A model generated the notes under the pieces. It was not told the origin of the DNA, searched no databases, and was given only the letters and a program-made list of their open reading frames with translations. Shown piece by piece: positions 1-9,519 of a stretch of DNA of 45,745 bases; within the stretch, counting starts at the first letter, position 1, and every line of letters starts with the position of its first letter. A program made the translations under genes and the position numbers. This DNA is from Chrysochromulina tobinii (Eukaryota), in the NCBI GenBank assembly GCA_001275005.1, contig JWZX01002432.1, positions 1 to 45,745 on the forward strand, in the 5' to 3' direction.

Positions 1-29
1 GCAGCCCCGGAGCCGACCGCTCCCCGCGG

Positions 30-290
30 CCGACTCGGAGGCCGTCCCCTGCGAACCCGACCCAGCCGCCCCCCGCTCCACCGGGGGGAGCCGGACACAC
101 TCACACGCCAGACCACACCCGAACCCCGGGACGCACACATCGCCACAAACCACCGTACAGTACCAGTACAGTACCGGTACCCGGTAAAAAGACACCGGGG
201 GGAGCCGGGACACACACGGGACACGCGGACGCACAAAGGCACACGGACCGCACAGACGAACCCGGTACATTGTACTGTACGGGTACCACT
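30..290 (+). repeat. Dispersed repeat family, forward copies (core CCGGTAAAAAGACACCGGGGGGAGCCGGGACAC)
   Basis: Core at ~181-215 is near-identical to ~3936-3970, ~4077-4110 and ~17857-17891; 30-100 is an imperfect reverse complement of ~4417-4505. Confidence 0.85.
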
Positions 291-573
291 GACGAAACGT
301 TCCCCCATTCTTTGGAACTAGCAGTCTAGCACGAGGAAACAGAGCGCGCGACGGCCAATGGCCGCCAGCCGCGCGCAATCACATCCCGCGTGTTAAGCTG
401 TTAACGCGCTGGATGTACGATGTTGAGCCTACGCGCCCTTCTGGACGCGAAGCTCTTGAAGGAGACAGGATGTGATAAATGTGATTGCACGCGGCTGGCG
501 GCCTTGGCCGTCGCGCGGCGCGACTCTGTTTCCTCGTGCAGTCGTGCTTCCAAAAGGGGAACGTTTCGTCAGT
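288..573. repeat. Long imperfect inverted repeat (~95-bp arms, ~95-bp loop)
   Basis: 288-384 (ACTGACGAAACGTTCCCC...GCACGAGGAAACAGAG...CGCGCGACGGCCAA...GCAATCACAT) pairs with 479-573. Confidence 0.9.
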
Positions 574-599
574 TTAGTTTCATTTCGTTTCCGAGCACA

Positions 600-690
600 G
601 TCCCGGCTCCCCCCGATGACTTTTTACCGGTACTGTCCCCCGGTGTCTTTTTACCCCGGCTCCCCCCGGTGTCTTTTTACCGGTACCCTG
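600..690 (-). repeat. Dispersed repeat family, inverted copies
   Basis: Three partial copies of CCGGCTCCCCCCGGTGTCTTTTTACCGGT, the reverse complement of the core. Confidence 0.85.
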
Positions 691-724
691 TGGCGGCTCC
701 CACTTTTCCAGTGTTTACAGTCGC

Positions 725-1969
725 ATGGCAAAAGTACCTTTGCCAACCCTCGGCCAACCCTCGGCCTTCTTGCAATGGGTCGAACAGACAGACTCGGGCG
801 GTCTCTCGCCTACGCAGCTCGCCTTCGCTGCTGCTCGCAAGGGCGAACCGTATTGGGTGAAAAATCACATCTGCAACGAAACGAAGTGCTACACGTATCC
901 GGCCGCAGTGTCGTTGAACCGTGCGCTGCAGATCGTGCAAAGCTGGGAACAGCAGCGCCTCCGAATGGCAGAGCTCAACACAAGCATAGAACGTGCCCTC
1001 GGGTGGGATCTGGCTTTCCAAGCCACCCATAAGATGCAGCGCGCGCAGGAGGCAGCGCGCAAACACCAGCGCAACGCAAGCGCTGCGACACTCATTCACG
1101 TGGTGATCTCCATTCTTGAGAACGACCTGCCGGGATTTGCGCACGCTATCCTCCAGCGCAGGGATCCGCGCGTGAGGCTCGTCGTGTACAATAAGCTCGC
1201 CAGCCTGAATGTGAGCGCCACCACCATCGACGCCCATGGCAACGAGCAGCACAATGTGCCGTTCAAGACCCAGCACCTTCGCAATTGCTTTACCTACGTG
1301 GAGTATGTGGATCAGCACTACGAGAATTTGCCCGACGTTGCCATCTTGACAAAAACCAACATGGTGAGCACCACGACCATGGACTTTATGATCAAAACGG
1401 CGACGAGCAACATGCATCATGTCGACTCTTACCCATGGCCAGAGTGGGGGGGTCGCACGCTCACAAAAGTCCGCTGTCATCCGCGCTGGGCGTGGTCACC
1501 CTTATATCGGCAGCTGTGCCCGTGCCCGTGCCAATCTTCTCCATGCGTCGATGGGCCAGCCCGCTGTACGACCCGATATCAAGGAAATCAATGGGATACT
1601 TATCATGGCTGCATCTTCAACTGTCGCTCCAAGTTGATTCATCAGATCGTCGACTGGATGCAAGATGATGAGCACATAAATCGTGCCGGCCGGCCGCGAT
1701 CATTAGTCGAGGAGGTCTTCTCGGAAGGGATCTTTGCCTATTCGCGGACGATCCTGCGCCAGCACCCGCACCACCTGTACAAAGCATGGAAGCACGAACT
1801 CGCCCAGAGGGGCGACGAGGGCGGGCATCAGGAATGTCTCGACGAGTGGGCCACCTTGTTCGACGAGCCTGGTGACGATCCGTGGGGCCGCGACGCCACG
1901 ACCAGCGTGCCGGTTTGGAAGGCAAGTCCGAGTCGACTTCTTTACACGCCGATTGGCGTCATCGCCTAA
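725..1969 (+). CDS. DUF3431-like protein (putative glycosyltransferase-related)
   Basis: 414-aa ORF. VVYNK, FTYVEYVDQHYENLPDVAIL and IFAYSRTILRQHPHHLY...EWATLF resemble the DUF3431 motifs YLxYIIDHYDxLPD and FAVSRxxIxxxPxxxY...ExxWHxIF. Confidence 0.65.
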   Translation: MAKVPLPTLGQPSAFLQWVEQTDSGGLSPTQLAFAAARKGEPYWVKNHICNETKCYTYPAAVSLNRALQIVQSWEQQRLRMAELNTSIERALGWDLAFQATHKMQRAQEAARKHQRNASAATLIHVVISILENDLPGFAHAILQRRDPRVRLVVYNKLASLNVSATTIDAHGNEQHNVPFKTQHLRNCFTYVEYVDQHYENLPDVAILTKTNMVSTTTMDFMIKTATSNMHHVDSYPWPEWGGRTLTKVRCHPRWAWSPLYRQLCPCPCQSSPCVDGPARCTTRYQGNQWDTYHGCIFNCRSKLIHQIVDWMQDDEHINRAGRPRSLVEEVFSEGIFAYSRTILRQHPHHLYKAWKHELAQRGDEGGHQECLDEWATLFDEPGDDPWGRDATTSVPVWKASPSRLLYTPIGVIA

Positions 1970-1995
1970 AAACTCATCGTGTTCACATGACAAGA

Positions 1996-2233
1996 GCACT
2001 CTGCGAGTAGCCACCGTAGCCCGTTGTAGCCCGTGGCCGTGCCTTCCTGCGTGCCTTTGGCCGGAACACGGTCGTTCTTTAACGGTTACCTGACCCCCAC
2101 TACATGTCAGGGCTACATGTATTACATGTAACCTTGCTATTACCCCCCGCGCTGGGCGCACACGACACGACACCGGTAAGAAACATGGCGAAACCGAACG
2201 ACCGAAAGCGTAAAGTCCTACGCAGACGCGATT
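1996..2233 (+). repeat. Second repeat family, copy 1 (between convergent genes)
   Basis: Shares GCACTCTGCGAG, CCGTGCCTTCCTGCGTGCC, TTGGCCGGAACACGGTCGTTC, ACCCCCACTACATGT and ACGCAGACGCGATT, in order, with 4169-4358. Confidence 0.85.
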
Positions 2234-2268
2234 ATGTTTCAAAAAGGACCAAATCGTGCGTTTTGCGT

Positions 2269-3840
2269 TCACCTCCGCCATGGCAATATGCCGCTCGATG
2301 AGTTTCCATTCAGCTCCACCAGCTTGCTCCGAGTTAGCGGCCTGAAGCTGCCAGCCTCCCGATCGTTACCGAACATGCGCCACTGCGTCTGCATAAGCGC
2401 GGCGTTCAGCAAGACCGCGAGACGGCCTGCATGGAGCTTGAAACCTTTATTGTGTTTCCAGCGCAATAAATAGTTGTACTGCGGATGCTTAGGGATTGTA
2501 TCGTCCGGCATCGTCTCGTTGAGAAAGACCGGGTACGCATAGTGCTTATGCCGGCTATCCCAGGTCCATGTAACACTCTCCATGTTGTTGTTGGAGCCGG
2601 GGCGGCCAGAGAGCGTTTCGGAGTACCACACGGACAAATAGATGTTTGAGGCACCGTCGGGCAGGTGCGTGCACGAAAACGCCGTGCCGCCGCACACGGT
2701 GATGCAGATGGAGTAACGCTGTAGCATCTGCACCTCGTCCCAAAGCGTCTCTCCCGACCAAGACCACTCGTCGATTGGCACGTCGAACGTCGCGCGAAGG
2801 GTCTCCAAGGTCTCCTTCGCGTTTAACGCCATCCTGTTGGCGCCGCCATTGTGTGCGCCGCCCGCTTGGGTGCCCCCCTTGTTGATAAAGATGATCCGCT
2901 GCTTTGGAGGGCGAGCGCGTGGGTTGATGCCGATCCCAGCAAGCCAATAGTGCATGAACTTGCCCCAGCTCTCCGGCGGATGGCGACGCGACGAGCCGTG
3001 AAGCGTCCCGTCGCCCGCCAGAAGCGACCTGTAGCAAGTAGTGCGTTTCCCTGGTGGTGGAAAGTTCCTGAGAACCTTCGACTCGTTACGGTACTGGTCC
3101 GAGAGGCCGCGCATCAGCGTCTGAAAGTGAGGACACTTGATGCCCGTTGGCCCTCCGCGGACGTTACGCTCGCATGGTGTGTCGCTCATCAGCACGTGCA
3201 CGTCGCGCGAGACCAGCCCAACAACATCCATCGCGTGCCAGATGGCATAGATGTACTCAGCGTACATGTGCCCGACAGCATTATGCCAGGGCCCGATCGG
3301 CTGGCGGTAGTAGTGCAGGCCGCTGACCCAAGCCACGTTCGACGGGATTAGCCCATCGATGACCTGAACATGGAAGCCTTCGTTGAAGCCAGAGGAGTAT
3401 GTTACTGCCGCTCGAAACTCAGTCTGAACGTGTGGGTCCTCATGCGGGCCCGCCCCTGTTCGGCTGCCCACGTTGGTCCATGTAGGTGGCTCAGCGAGGT
3501 CTGGGTGCCGATGATACTGCCAAATTCCAGATTTGGAACCCTTCTTGTTATAGCACAGGTTCTTGAACATGCACGTGCGCTCTTCCGCCCGGGTAGGCTC
3601 ATCCTCACCGCCATAGCACACATGCGTGCTCACTGCCATTTCGAGGTTGCGAAGAATGGAAGGCTGAAAAGCTGAGAGAGCGGCTCCGAGAGGCGCCGCC
3701 CTTCTTGAAGCGGCCTCGTCATTCAGGCTGGCCGCGGGCTCACTCTTCGCAGTCGTCGCCCTGCAACCGCCGGGCATCACGGTATCACCCTTTGCCCTGC
3801 AACGAGCCTGCCAGTCCCTCGTGCTCGGCTCTGTTGGCAT
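2269..3840 (-). CDS. Glycosyltransferase family 61-like protein
   Basis: TCMFKNLCY, GHMYAEYIYAIW, TCYRSLLAG, RIIFINK, NRMALN and EVQMLQRYSICITVCGGTAFSCTHLPDGA match the GT61 layout. Start set at ATG 3840 because the upstream ORF extension runs into repeat DNA. Confidence 0.7.
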   Translation of the reverse strand: MPTEPSTRDWQARCRAKGDTVMPGGCRATTAKSEPAASLNDEAASRRAAPLGAALSAFQPSILRNLEMAVSTHVCYGGEDEPTRAEERTCMFKNLCYNKKGSKSGIWQYHRHPDLAEPPTWTNVGSRTGAGPHEDPHVQTEFRAAVTYSSGFNEGFHVQVIDGLIPSNVAWVSGLHYYRQPIGPWHNAVGHMYAEYIYAIWHAMDVVGLVSRDVHVLMSDTPCERNVRGGPTGIKCPHFQTLMRGLSDQYRNESKVLRNFPPPGKRTTCYRSLLAGDGTLHGSSRRHPPESWGKFMHYWLAGIGINPRARPPKQRIIFINKGGTQAGGAHNGGANRMALNAKETLETLRATFDVPIDEWSWSGETLWDEVQMLQRYSICITVCGGTAFSCTHLPDGASNIYLSVWYSETLSGRPGSNNNMESVTWTWDSRHKHYAYPVFLNETMPDDTIPKHPQYNYLLRWKHNKGFKLHAGRLAVLLNAALMQTQWRMFGNDREAGSFRPLTRSKLVELNGNSSSGILPWRR

Positions 3841-3924
3841 TTCTTCGCTTTTGCCACGCAGAGGTGCCTGATAGGTGCGCGGTCGATTGTGTAGGATTGT
3901 GCCATGTACCGGTAGCGTACTGTA

Positions 3925-4690
3925 CCGGCACCGTACCGGTAAAAAGACACCGGGGGGAGCCGGGACACACATGGGACACACGGGACACGCGGACGCACAA
4001 AGGCACACAGACCAATCTCACAACCAACCAAACCCACCAACAACAAACACCCCGCACGTCAGCGCGACGACCGAAGCCGGTAAAAAGACACCGGGGGAGC
4101 CGGGACACACGGGACACATCGGTGTTACCGGTACCGGGGTATGCCCCCAGGACGGGCGGATGGTCTCGGCACTCTGCGAGAGCTCTCGTACATTTAGCCC
4201 GTGCCTTCCTGCGTGCCGTTGGCAATGGCCGTTGGCCGGAACACGGTCGTTCGCTTCACGTACCTTACCCCCACTACATGTGCATGTGATACATGTACCG
4301 GTAGCCCCACTATTGCCCCCGCGCTGACTGATGGTGAAGTCCAACGCAGACGCGATTTAGTGGGGAATTAGGGGGAATAGTGCAGCTACATGTATTGAGG
4401 TTCGTGTGTCTGTCTCGTGTGTCCGGCTCCCCCCGGTGGAGCGGGAGGCTTAAGGAGGCGGCTGGGTCGGGTTCGCAGGGGGCGGCCTCTTCCGAGTCGG
4501 CCGCTGATTCGGTCGTCTCGCGGTCGCGCGGGCGGCCCTGCGCGCGGGTGCGTTGGTGGGCATGGGTGGGTTGGGATGGTTGTGAGGTTCGTCTGCCCTT
4601 GTGTCCCGTGTGTGTCCCGGCTCCCCCGGTGTCTTTATACCGGTCCCGTGTGTCCCGTGTGTGTCCCGGCTCCCCCGGTGTCTTTTCACA
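3925..4690. mobile_element. Candidate fold-back/MITE-like element with inward-pointing repeat-family arms
   Basis: Forward cores at ~3936 and ~4077 and reverse cores at ~4417-4440, ~4610-4645 and ~4655-4690 enclose a copy of the second repeat family (4169-4358). No transposase seen. Confidence 0.55.
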
Positions 4691-4965
4691 GGACTGAGCG
4701 GGCAGTAACAGTGCCAAAGCACCGGTTGTCGCGTCTGTCGTGTTACAAGTAACGTACACAGAACCGTCATGTAAGGTGTGTGTATCCTGAGCGGTAGTTT
4801 CAGTGCTGTAGCTTTGGTTGTCGCGTCTGTCGTGTTATTAACGTTCACAGGACGAGGCACGAGAGGCCTCGGCACGGGGATGTCTCCACTTTCCAGGGCG
4901 CTCGCCCGCCTCGACGTTGGGAGAAGTCGCCTCTCCAGGTTCTCGTCAAGGACCTCCCTCCATCC

Positions 4966-6786
4966 ATGAAGTCCACGATCATGCGCGCCATGCGCTGCTT
5001 GCAGCCATACAAAGCATTGAACCCTCCAAGAGTGTTTGCCATGTTGCCCACTCGCGCCCTCTCCACGACGCCGAATCCCACCAAGGCTGGACTCGTGCCG
5101 CCAGAGCCCGCCGAAGTTGGCACACCAACCCTGCTGAGCCGTCCACACGAGCTGCTACAACACAAGGCGGACGAGCGAGCTCCGAGCTGGCACCGCTACT
5201 GCATGCTCGGCGGAGGCACGCTAGCAGGCGGAGGTGGGATCGCACTCCTTGGCTACGCTCACCTCCAGTGGCTTATGCCGCTCGTCCCCGACCTCGCGGG
5301 CGTCTCGCTCCTTGGCATCGGCGGCGCACTGCTCGCACGCGCGGCGAAGATGCCATCCAGTGCGAGTGACGGCGGTGCTACAGCGCCGCCGTCGGAGCGA
5401 TCCCGAATGCGCCTCGCGCGCTCCGGCGGACGGTTCATTGCAGGAGGTCATGAGGGCTTTCAGATCGAGATCATCCCCCTGAACGACGAGCTACGCTACT
5501 CGAGCGCCGCCGCAGCGATTGCGAGCGGCGGTCGCGATAGCACCGCCGATGGCGATGGTGCAGCTGGTGGTGGCAGCCCGGCCAAGCCGAAGACGTGCGG
5601 TGAGGCGGAAGAAGCTCTCAAACTCGCGGAGAAGGCGGAGCGCGAGGCTACGAACGCGGCGCGCACCAAGGCGGCGGCCGAGCTGGTCGCAAGTCTCAAG
5701 CAGCAGCTGAGCGAGGGCGCGCCCGCCCGCCGGCTGCGCCAGAAGCTCGAGCCTCGCCTCTTCGTCATCGATTTCGACACCCGCGCGCGTGCCTCGCGTG
5801 ATGGCCGACCCGCAGCTCCACCCTCGACGCGCGCGCTTCTGGACGATCTACGCGAGCAGGTCAGCCTGCTCCTGCACGTGTGCTCGCCGTATGACGAGGT
5901 CGTGCTGCGCATTACGTCACCGGGTGGGCCTGTGACCGACTACGGGCTCGCCGCGGCCCACTTCGCTCGTCTGAAGACCGCGGGTGTGAAGACGACAGCT
6001 GTGGTCGACCTCGTCGCCGCCTCGGGAGGCTACATGATCGCGTGCGCGGCCTCGCAGCTGCTCGCGGCCCCGTTCGCGATCGTGGGCTCGATTGGTGTCG
6101 TTGCGCAGGCGCCCAACGTGCACAGGCTGCTCGAGCAGAACGGCGTCGAGGTGGTCCAGCGAACGGCGGGCGAGTATAAGAGGACTATCCAGATCTTCCA
6201 GCCGAATACGGCCGATGGCCTGCGCAAGTTCGATGAGGAGCTCGCGCTGATCCACTCGGCATTCATAGGGCACGTGCAAGCGCACCGTGCCAACCTCGAC
6301 CCGGCGAAAGTGTGCACAGGCGAGTCGTGGCTGGCTACGCACGCGCTGCCGCTCGGACTCATAGATGGCCTCGCCACCTCCGACCAGTACATACGCGCCA
6401 AGCAGCAGGAGATGGATGCCTACCTGCTGCGCCCGGCGCCGCCCAGGCGGCCGTCGGGTTTGATGGCGCTTCTCTCGCGCACGACCGACGCGATGCTGGA
6501 CGTGGCCGATGCGGCTCGTGCAGCGCTGCCATTGGCGGGCAAGTTGATCAGCTGGACGCGCTCGAGCATCCCCTCCTCCCCCTCCTTCTTCACGGCGAGC
6601 CCTCGGGCGATCGCTGCTGACGTGGCGCACCAGACGCTGCATGAGGCGAGCGGGGCAACTTGCGGGGGCGCGGGCCCTGGGCTTGCTGCGTTGGGCGTTC
6701 AACCACCGCTGCTGAGGGCTGATGAATTCGGCGGCAGCGCACTCGAAGCTGATGCAGCGCGGGTTGGCGGCAATGGGCATTCGTGA
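4966..6786 (+). CDS. sohB: SohB-like peptidase, family S49, probably organelle-targeted
   Basis: LFVIDF, DEVVLRITSPGGPVTDYGLAA, VDLVAASGGYMIAC, APFAIVGSIGVVAQAPNVHRLL and TAGEYKRT; N-terminal hydrophobic segments; basic presequence-like N-terminus. Confidence 0.9.
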   Translation: MKSTIMRAMRCLQPYKALNPPRVFAMLPTRALSTTPNPTKAGLVPPEPAEVGTPTLLSRPHELLQHKADERAPSWHRYCMLGGGTLAGGGGIALLGYAHLQWLMPLVPDLAGVSLLGIGGALLARAAKMPSSASDGGATAPPSERSRMRLARSGGRFIAGGHEGFQIEIIPLNDELRYSSAAAAIASGGRDSTADGDGAAGGGSPAKPKTCGEAEEALKLAEKAEREATNAARTKAAAELVASLKQQLSEGAPARRLRQKLEPRLFVIDFDTRARASRDGRPAAPPSTRALLDDLREQVSLLLHVCSPYDEVVLRITSPGGPVTDYGLAAAHFARLKTAGVKTTAVVDLVAASGGYMIACAASQLLAAPFAIVGSIGVVAQAPNVHRLLEQNGVEVVQRTAGEYKRTIQIFQPNTADGLRKFDEELALIHSAFIGHVQAHRANLDPAKVCTGESWLATHALPLGLIDGLATSDQYIRAKQQEMDAYLLRPAPPRRPSGLMALLSRTTDAMLDVADAARAALPLAGKLISWTRSSIPSSPSFFTASPRAIAADVAHQTLHEASGATCGGAGPGLAALGVQPPLLRADEFGGSALEADAARVGGNGHS

Positions 6787-7430
6787 CTCGACAGTGCCGG
6801 CGCTCGGCAAGCTCGTGTGAGCTCGTGAGGGTGGGCGAACTACAGCAGCAGGACACAGGCACGTGGCAGATGGAGGGAGGCGCCGCCGGTGACTTGACTT
6901 GAGAGGAACAATGGGAAGCTCCGTTAACCCGGATCCACACCGTCACACACAGACGACATGACACAACCATCACGATCACAAACCTGCGCTACACAAACCG
7001 AGCGAGACGCTACAACCATCACATTAAATCGTATAGAGAGAGGGAAACTCGCGCACGTTCCAGTTGAGGTGTTGAGCGCGCACGCGCAGCGTCCCGTCTC
7101 CCGAACGACCGACGTTTCCCCGATCGCGGATGCCCATGCCGTCCCCGCGCTTCCGCGGGACCGACGACACGCCCGCACACGTCTGGTCGGCCGGACCGCA
7201 CGGCACGACACCACCGCTCACGTGCACGTCTCGTCAGAATTTTAGATTTCCTATAATGATCGGACGTTCCGTTATATAATAAAAGTTATACACGAAAGGA
7301 CTCACGCGCGGCTGCGGTGAGTAAAACCCGACGCGACTGCGCGCCGGGGGCTCCCCCTCCATAATACGATCCTCTCACATCGCATACTGGGCGCATACCG
7401 TACTGATTCACCTACTTCGCCGGCTTTTCG

Positions 7431-7745
7431 GTATACACCGTACGGGGTAGAAAAGTTTGTTTTGTCTCACCGGACCGTACCTAACGAGGCGGGCGACCAT
7501 CGGGTGGCTGGAACTCCCCCTTGGCAGGGGGCGGTTCGTTGGCCCCTCCCTACGTGCCACCCCCACAAGTATAACGGCCTATACGGCCCGGGGTTCATCA
7601 GTGTGATGACACTTAAGATGACACCCGGTGACCCCTTACCCCCCCTCTCCCGACACATCGAACCCCCCTTTTCCGTAGGGGAAGTTCGGGAGGTTGTGGA
7701 AAAACCATCCACCCCGGGGAGGATTTTACACCGTACGGGGTATAC
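7431..7745. repeat. 315-bp segment bounded by a quasi-palindromic 16-bp repeat (possible MITE)
   Basis: TACACCGTACGGGGTA occurs exactly at 7434-7449 and 7727-7742; the ends also form a ~19-bp inverted repeat starting GTATAC with 2 mismatches. Confidence 0.5.
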
Positions 7746-7766
7746 GCCTCGTCTGAAGTGATACTT

Positions 7767-9209
7767 TTAGCTCGGCTCAGTGTCATCGAGAGCGTCTCCT
7801 ACGAGCGTGCGCCGATCAAAGACAAAGTTGGCGCCTCGCCAGGCCGAGGTGCGGCTGCTACCATCCATGGGCGGCGGCGCTTTCTGCTGCCGCCGCTCCT
7901 CCTCCTCCTTCTCCTGCTGCTCGCGCTTGTGCCTCAAGTAGCCTACGATCCCATGCTGCAGCTTCTTGGTGTTGTGAAAGCCGAGCTCCTGCTCGAGGAA
8001 AGCATTCACCTTGACGCATCGGATGCCGCCGGTGCAAAAGGTGAGGATGGGCGCGTCTTTGGGCACCTCCGCGAGCCGCTTGCGCAGCACATCCCACGAC
8101 TGAGCAAACGTGTCCGTACCCAACGGCTCGGCGGCCACCTCGGCGGCATCCTCGGCCGCCACCTCGGCCGCCTCTGTCTCAGCCCCGCCCATGGCTGCAC
8201 GAGCCATCGCGCCTTTGCGCGCGACCACAAAGGTGCCCACCTTGGACTCGTACAGGTTCCGGCAGTCGAGCAGCACCGCGCCCTCCTGCTGCAGCGCCAT
8301 GTCCCACTGATCAGGCGTCACATCCTCCCCCGCACTCTGCCAATCGAGAGGATTCCACAGCCCATCCGTCAGGATCTGCGCGCGAGATTTGACGACACGC
8401 TTCCGGAACGGCGGCTCGCTCCCAACAGCGACCGTTTCGCCCAGGTTGAGCACGATGCGCCCTATCTCGGGCCGGCCCAGCGCCGCGCCCGCCTCGCGCA
8501 GCCCCTCGCGCAGCCTCTCGAGCTGCGATTGCGCCACGGCCAGCTGAGCGTTCACGCCCTCGCACGCTACGTAGATGGTGCCGAGCGCGCCCAGCTGCAC
8601 GAGCAGCTCGTCGAGGCGGTGCACGAGCGCCTCCACTTCCTCCGTTGACGCGGCCGTCGGGTGGAAGGCGAAAAAGGAAATCATCTGGAGCGTCTCCGTC
8701 GGCATGCCAGGCGGCGGCGGCGCACCAGTCTCAGCGTCGACCGGCGGCAATATAACATCCTCTGGCTCGGCAACGCGTAGCTGCGGTTCGACGCTGCGCT
8801 CCGCCGCGATCGAGAGCAGCTGGCGCAGGTCGGCGTCCGAGGCGATCTCCCGCTTACCGTGAAAGAGCCGAAACAGGGCGGGGTCCACGGTGAGGCGCGG
8901 AGCAAGCGCGGCACGCAAGTTATCCAGGCTCGCGGACGAGGGCACCTCGATGACCTGCTTTCGTCCAGGGCGCGACAGGTACGGCCGCACAGGACGTTCA
9001 AAATGGATCGAAAGACTCGTGCTGGCGCCTCCGGATGGTGTGCCACACAGCATGGCCACGGCTGGGCGCCGAAATGAGCCACGAACGGTACCGCCGCCGC
9101 TCGGCACCGTACGTGCTGTGGCGAGGGCCAACGACAAGAATGGGATGGCGCGCGCAACACACGGCGCGCGACGGCTTAGTATCTTCCACGTTGCCAACAT
9201 GCCGATCAT
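7767..9209 (-). CDS. trhO: TrhO/YceA (UPF0176) rhodanese-domain tRNA U34 hydroxylase-like protein
   Basis: GTIYVACEGVNAQL, LLDCRNLYESKVGTF, FCTGGIRCVK, LQHGIVGYL and WRGANFVFDRR. First ATG at 9209; the listed ORF start is GTG. Confidence 0.88.
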   Translation of the reverse strand: MIGMLATWKILSRRAPCVARAIPFLSLALATARTVPSGGGTVRGSFRRPAVAMLCGTPSGGASTSLSIHFERPVRPYLSRPGRKQVIEVPSSASLDNLRAALAPRLTVDPALFRLFHGKREIASDADLRQLLSIAAERSVEPQLRVAEPEDVILPPVDAETGAPPPPGMPTETLQMISFFAFHPTAASTEEVEALVHRLDELLVQLGALGTIYVACEGVNAQLAVAQSQLERLREGLREAGAALGRPEIGRIVLNLGETVAVGSEPPFRKRVVKSRAQILTDGLWNPLDWQSAGEDVTPDQWDMALQQEGAVLLDCRNLYESKVGTFVVARKGAMARAAMGGAETEAAEVAAEDAAEVAAEPLGTDTFAQSWDVLRKRLAEVPKDAPILTFCTGGIRCVKVNAFLEQELGFHNTKKLQHGIVGYLRHKREQQEKEEEERRQQKAPPPMDGSSRTSAWRGANFVFDRRTLVGDALDDTEPS

Positions 9210-9519
9210 CAAGCCAAGCAAAAGGGGCTCACTCACGGGGCCCCTTGAGCCAAGTCATGTCAAGACAAGACAAGTCAAATGTTCTCGACTGTACAATTGT
9301 CCAGCGATTGGATCGGAACAGTACATGTATTCGATCCAGTCCACTCGCTGTATGTTTACTGTCAAAGCTTGTAAAAGGATTCCAAGAACATTTCCTGATT
9401 TGGGTCCATCCGTTGATTACGATCCCGAAAGGAAATCCGCGTGCCGGGCTGACGACGTGGTGGGTCCTTTTTGTTGAGCGTTGGTTGGTCGCATCACTTG
9501 CCCGCGGGGCGTTTTGCTC

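Noticed and set aside
3841..4008. N-terminal ORF extensions containing CVPAPPGVFL (also 17703-17921 and 101-289)
   Set aside because: These are translations of the repeat element, not a protein motif.
70..4690. CRISPR array from the recurring GGGGGAGCCGGGACAC repeat
   Set aside because: Irregular spacing, both orientations, no unique equal-length spacers, no cas genes and a eukaryotic context.
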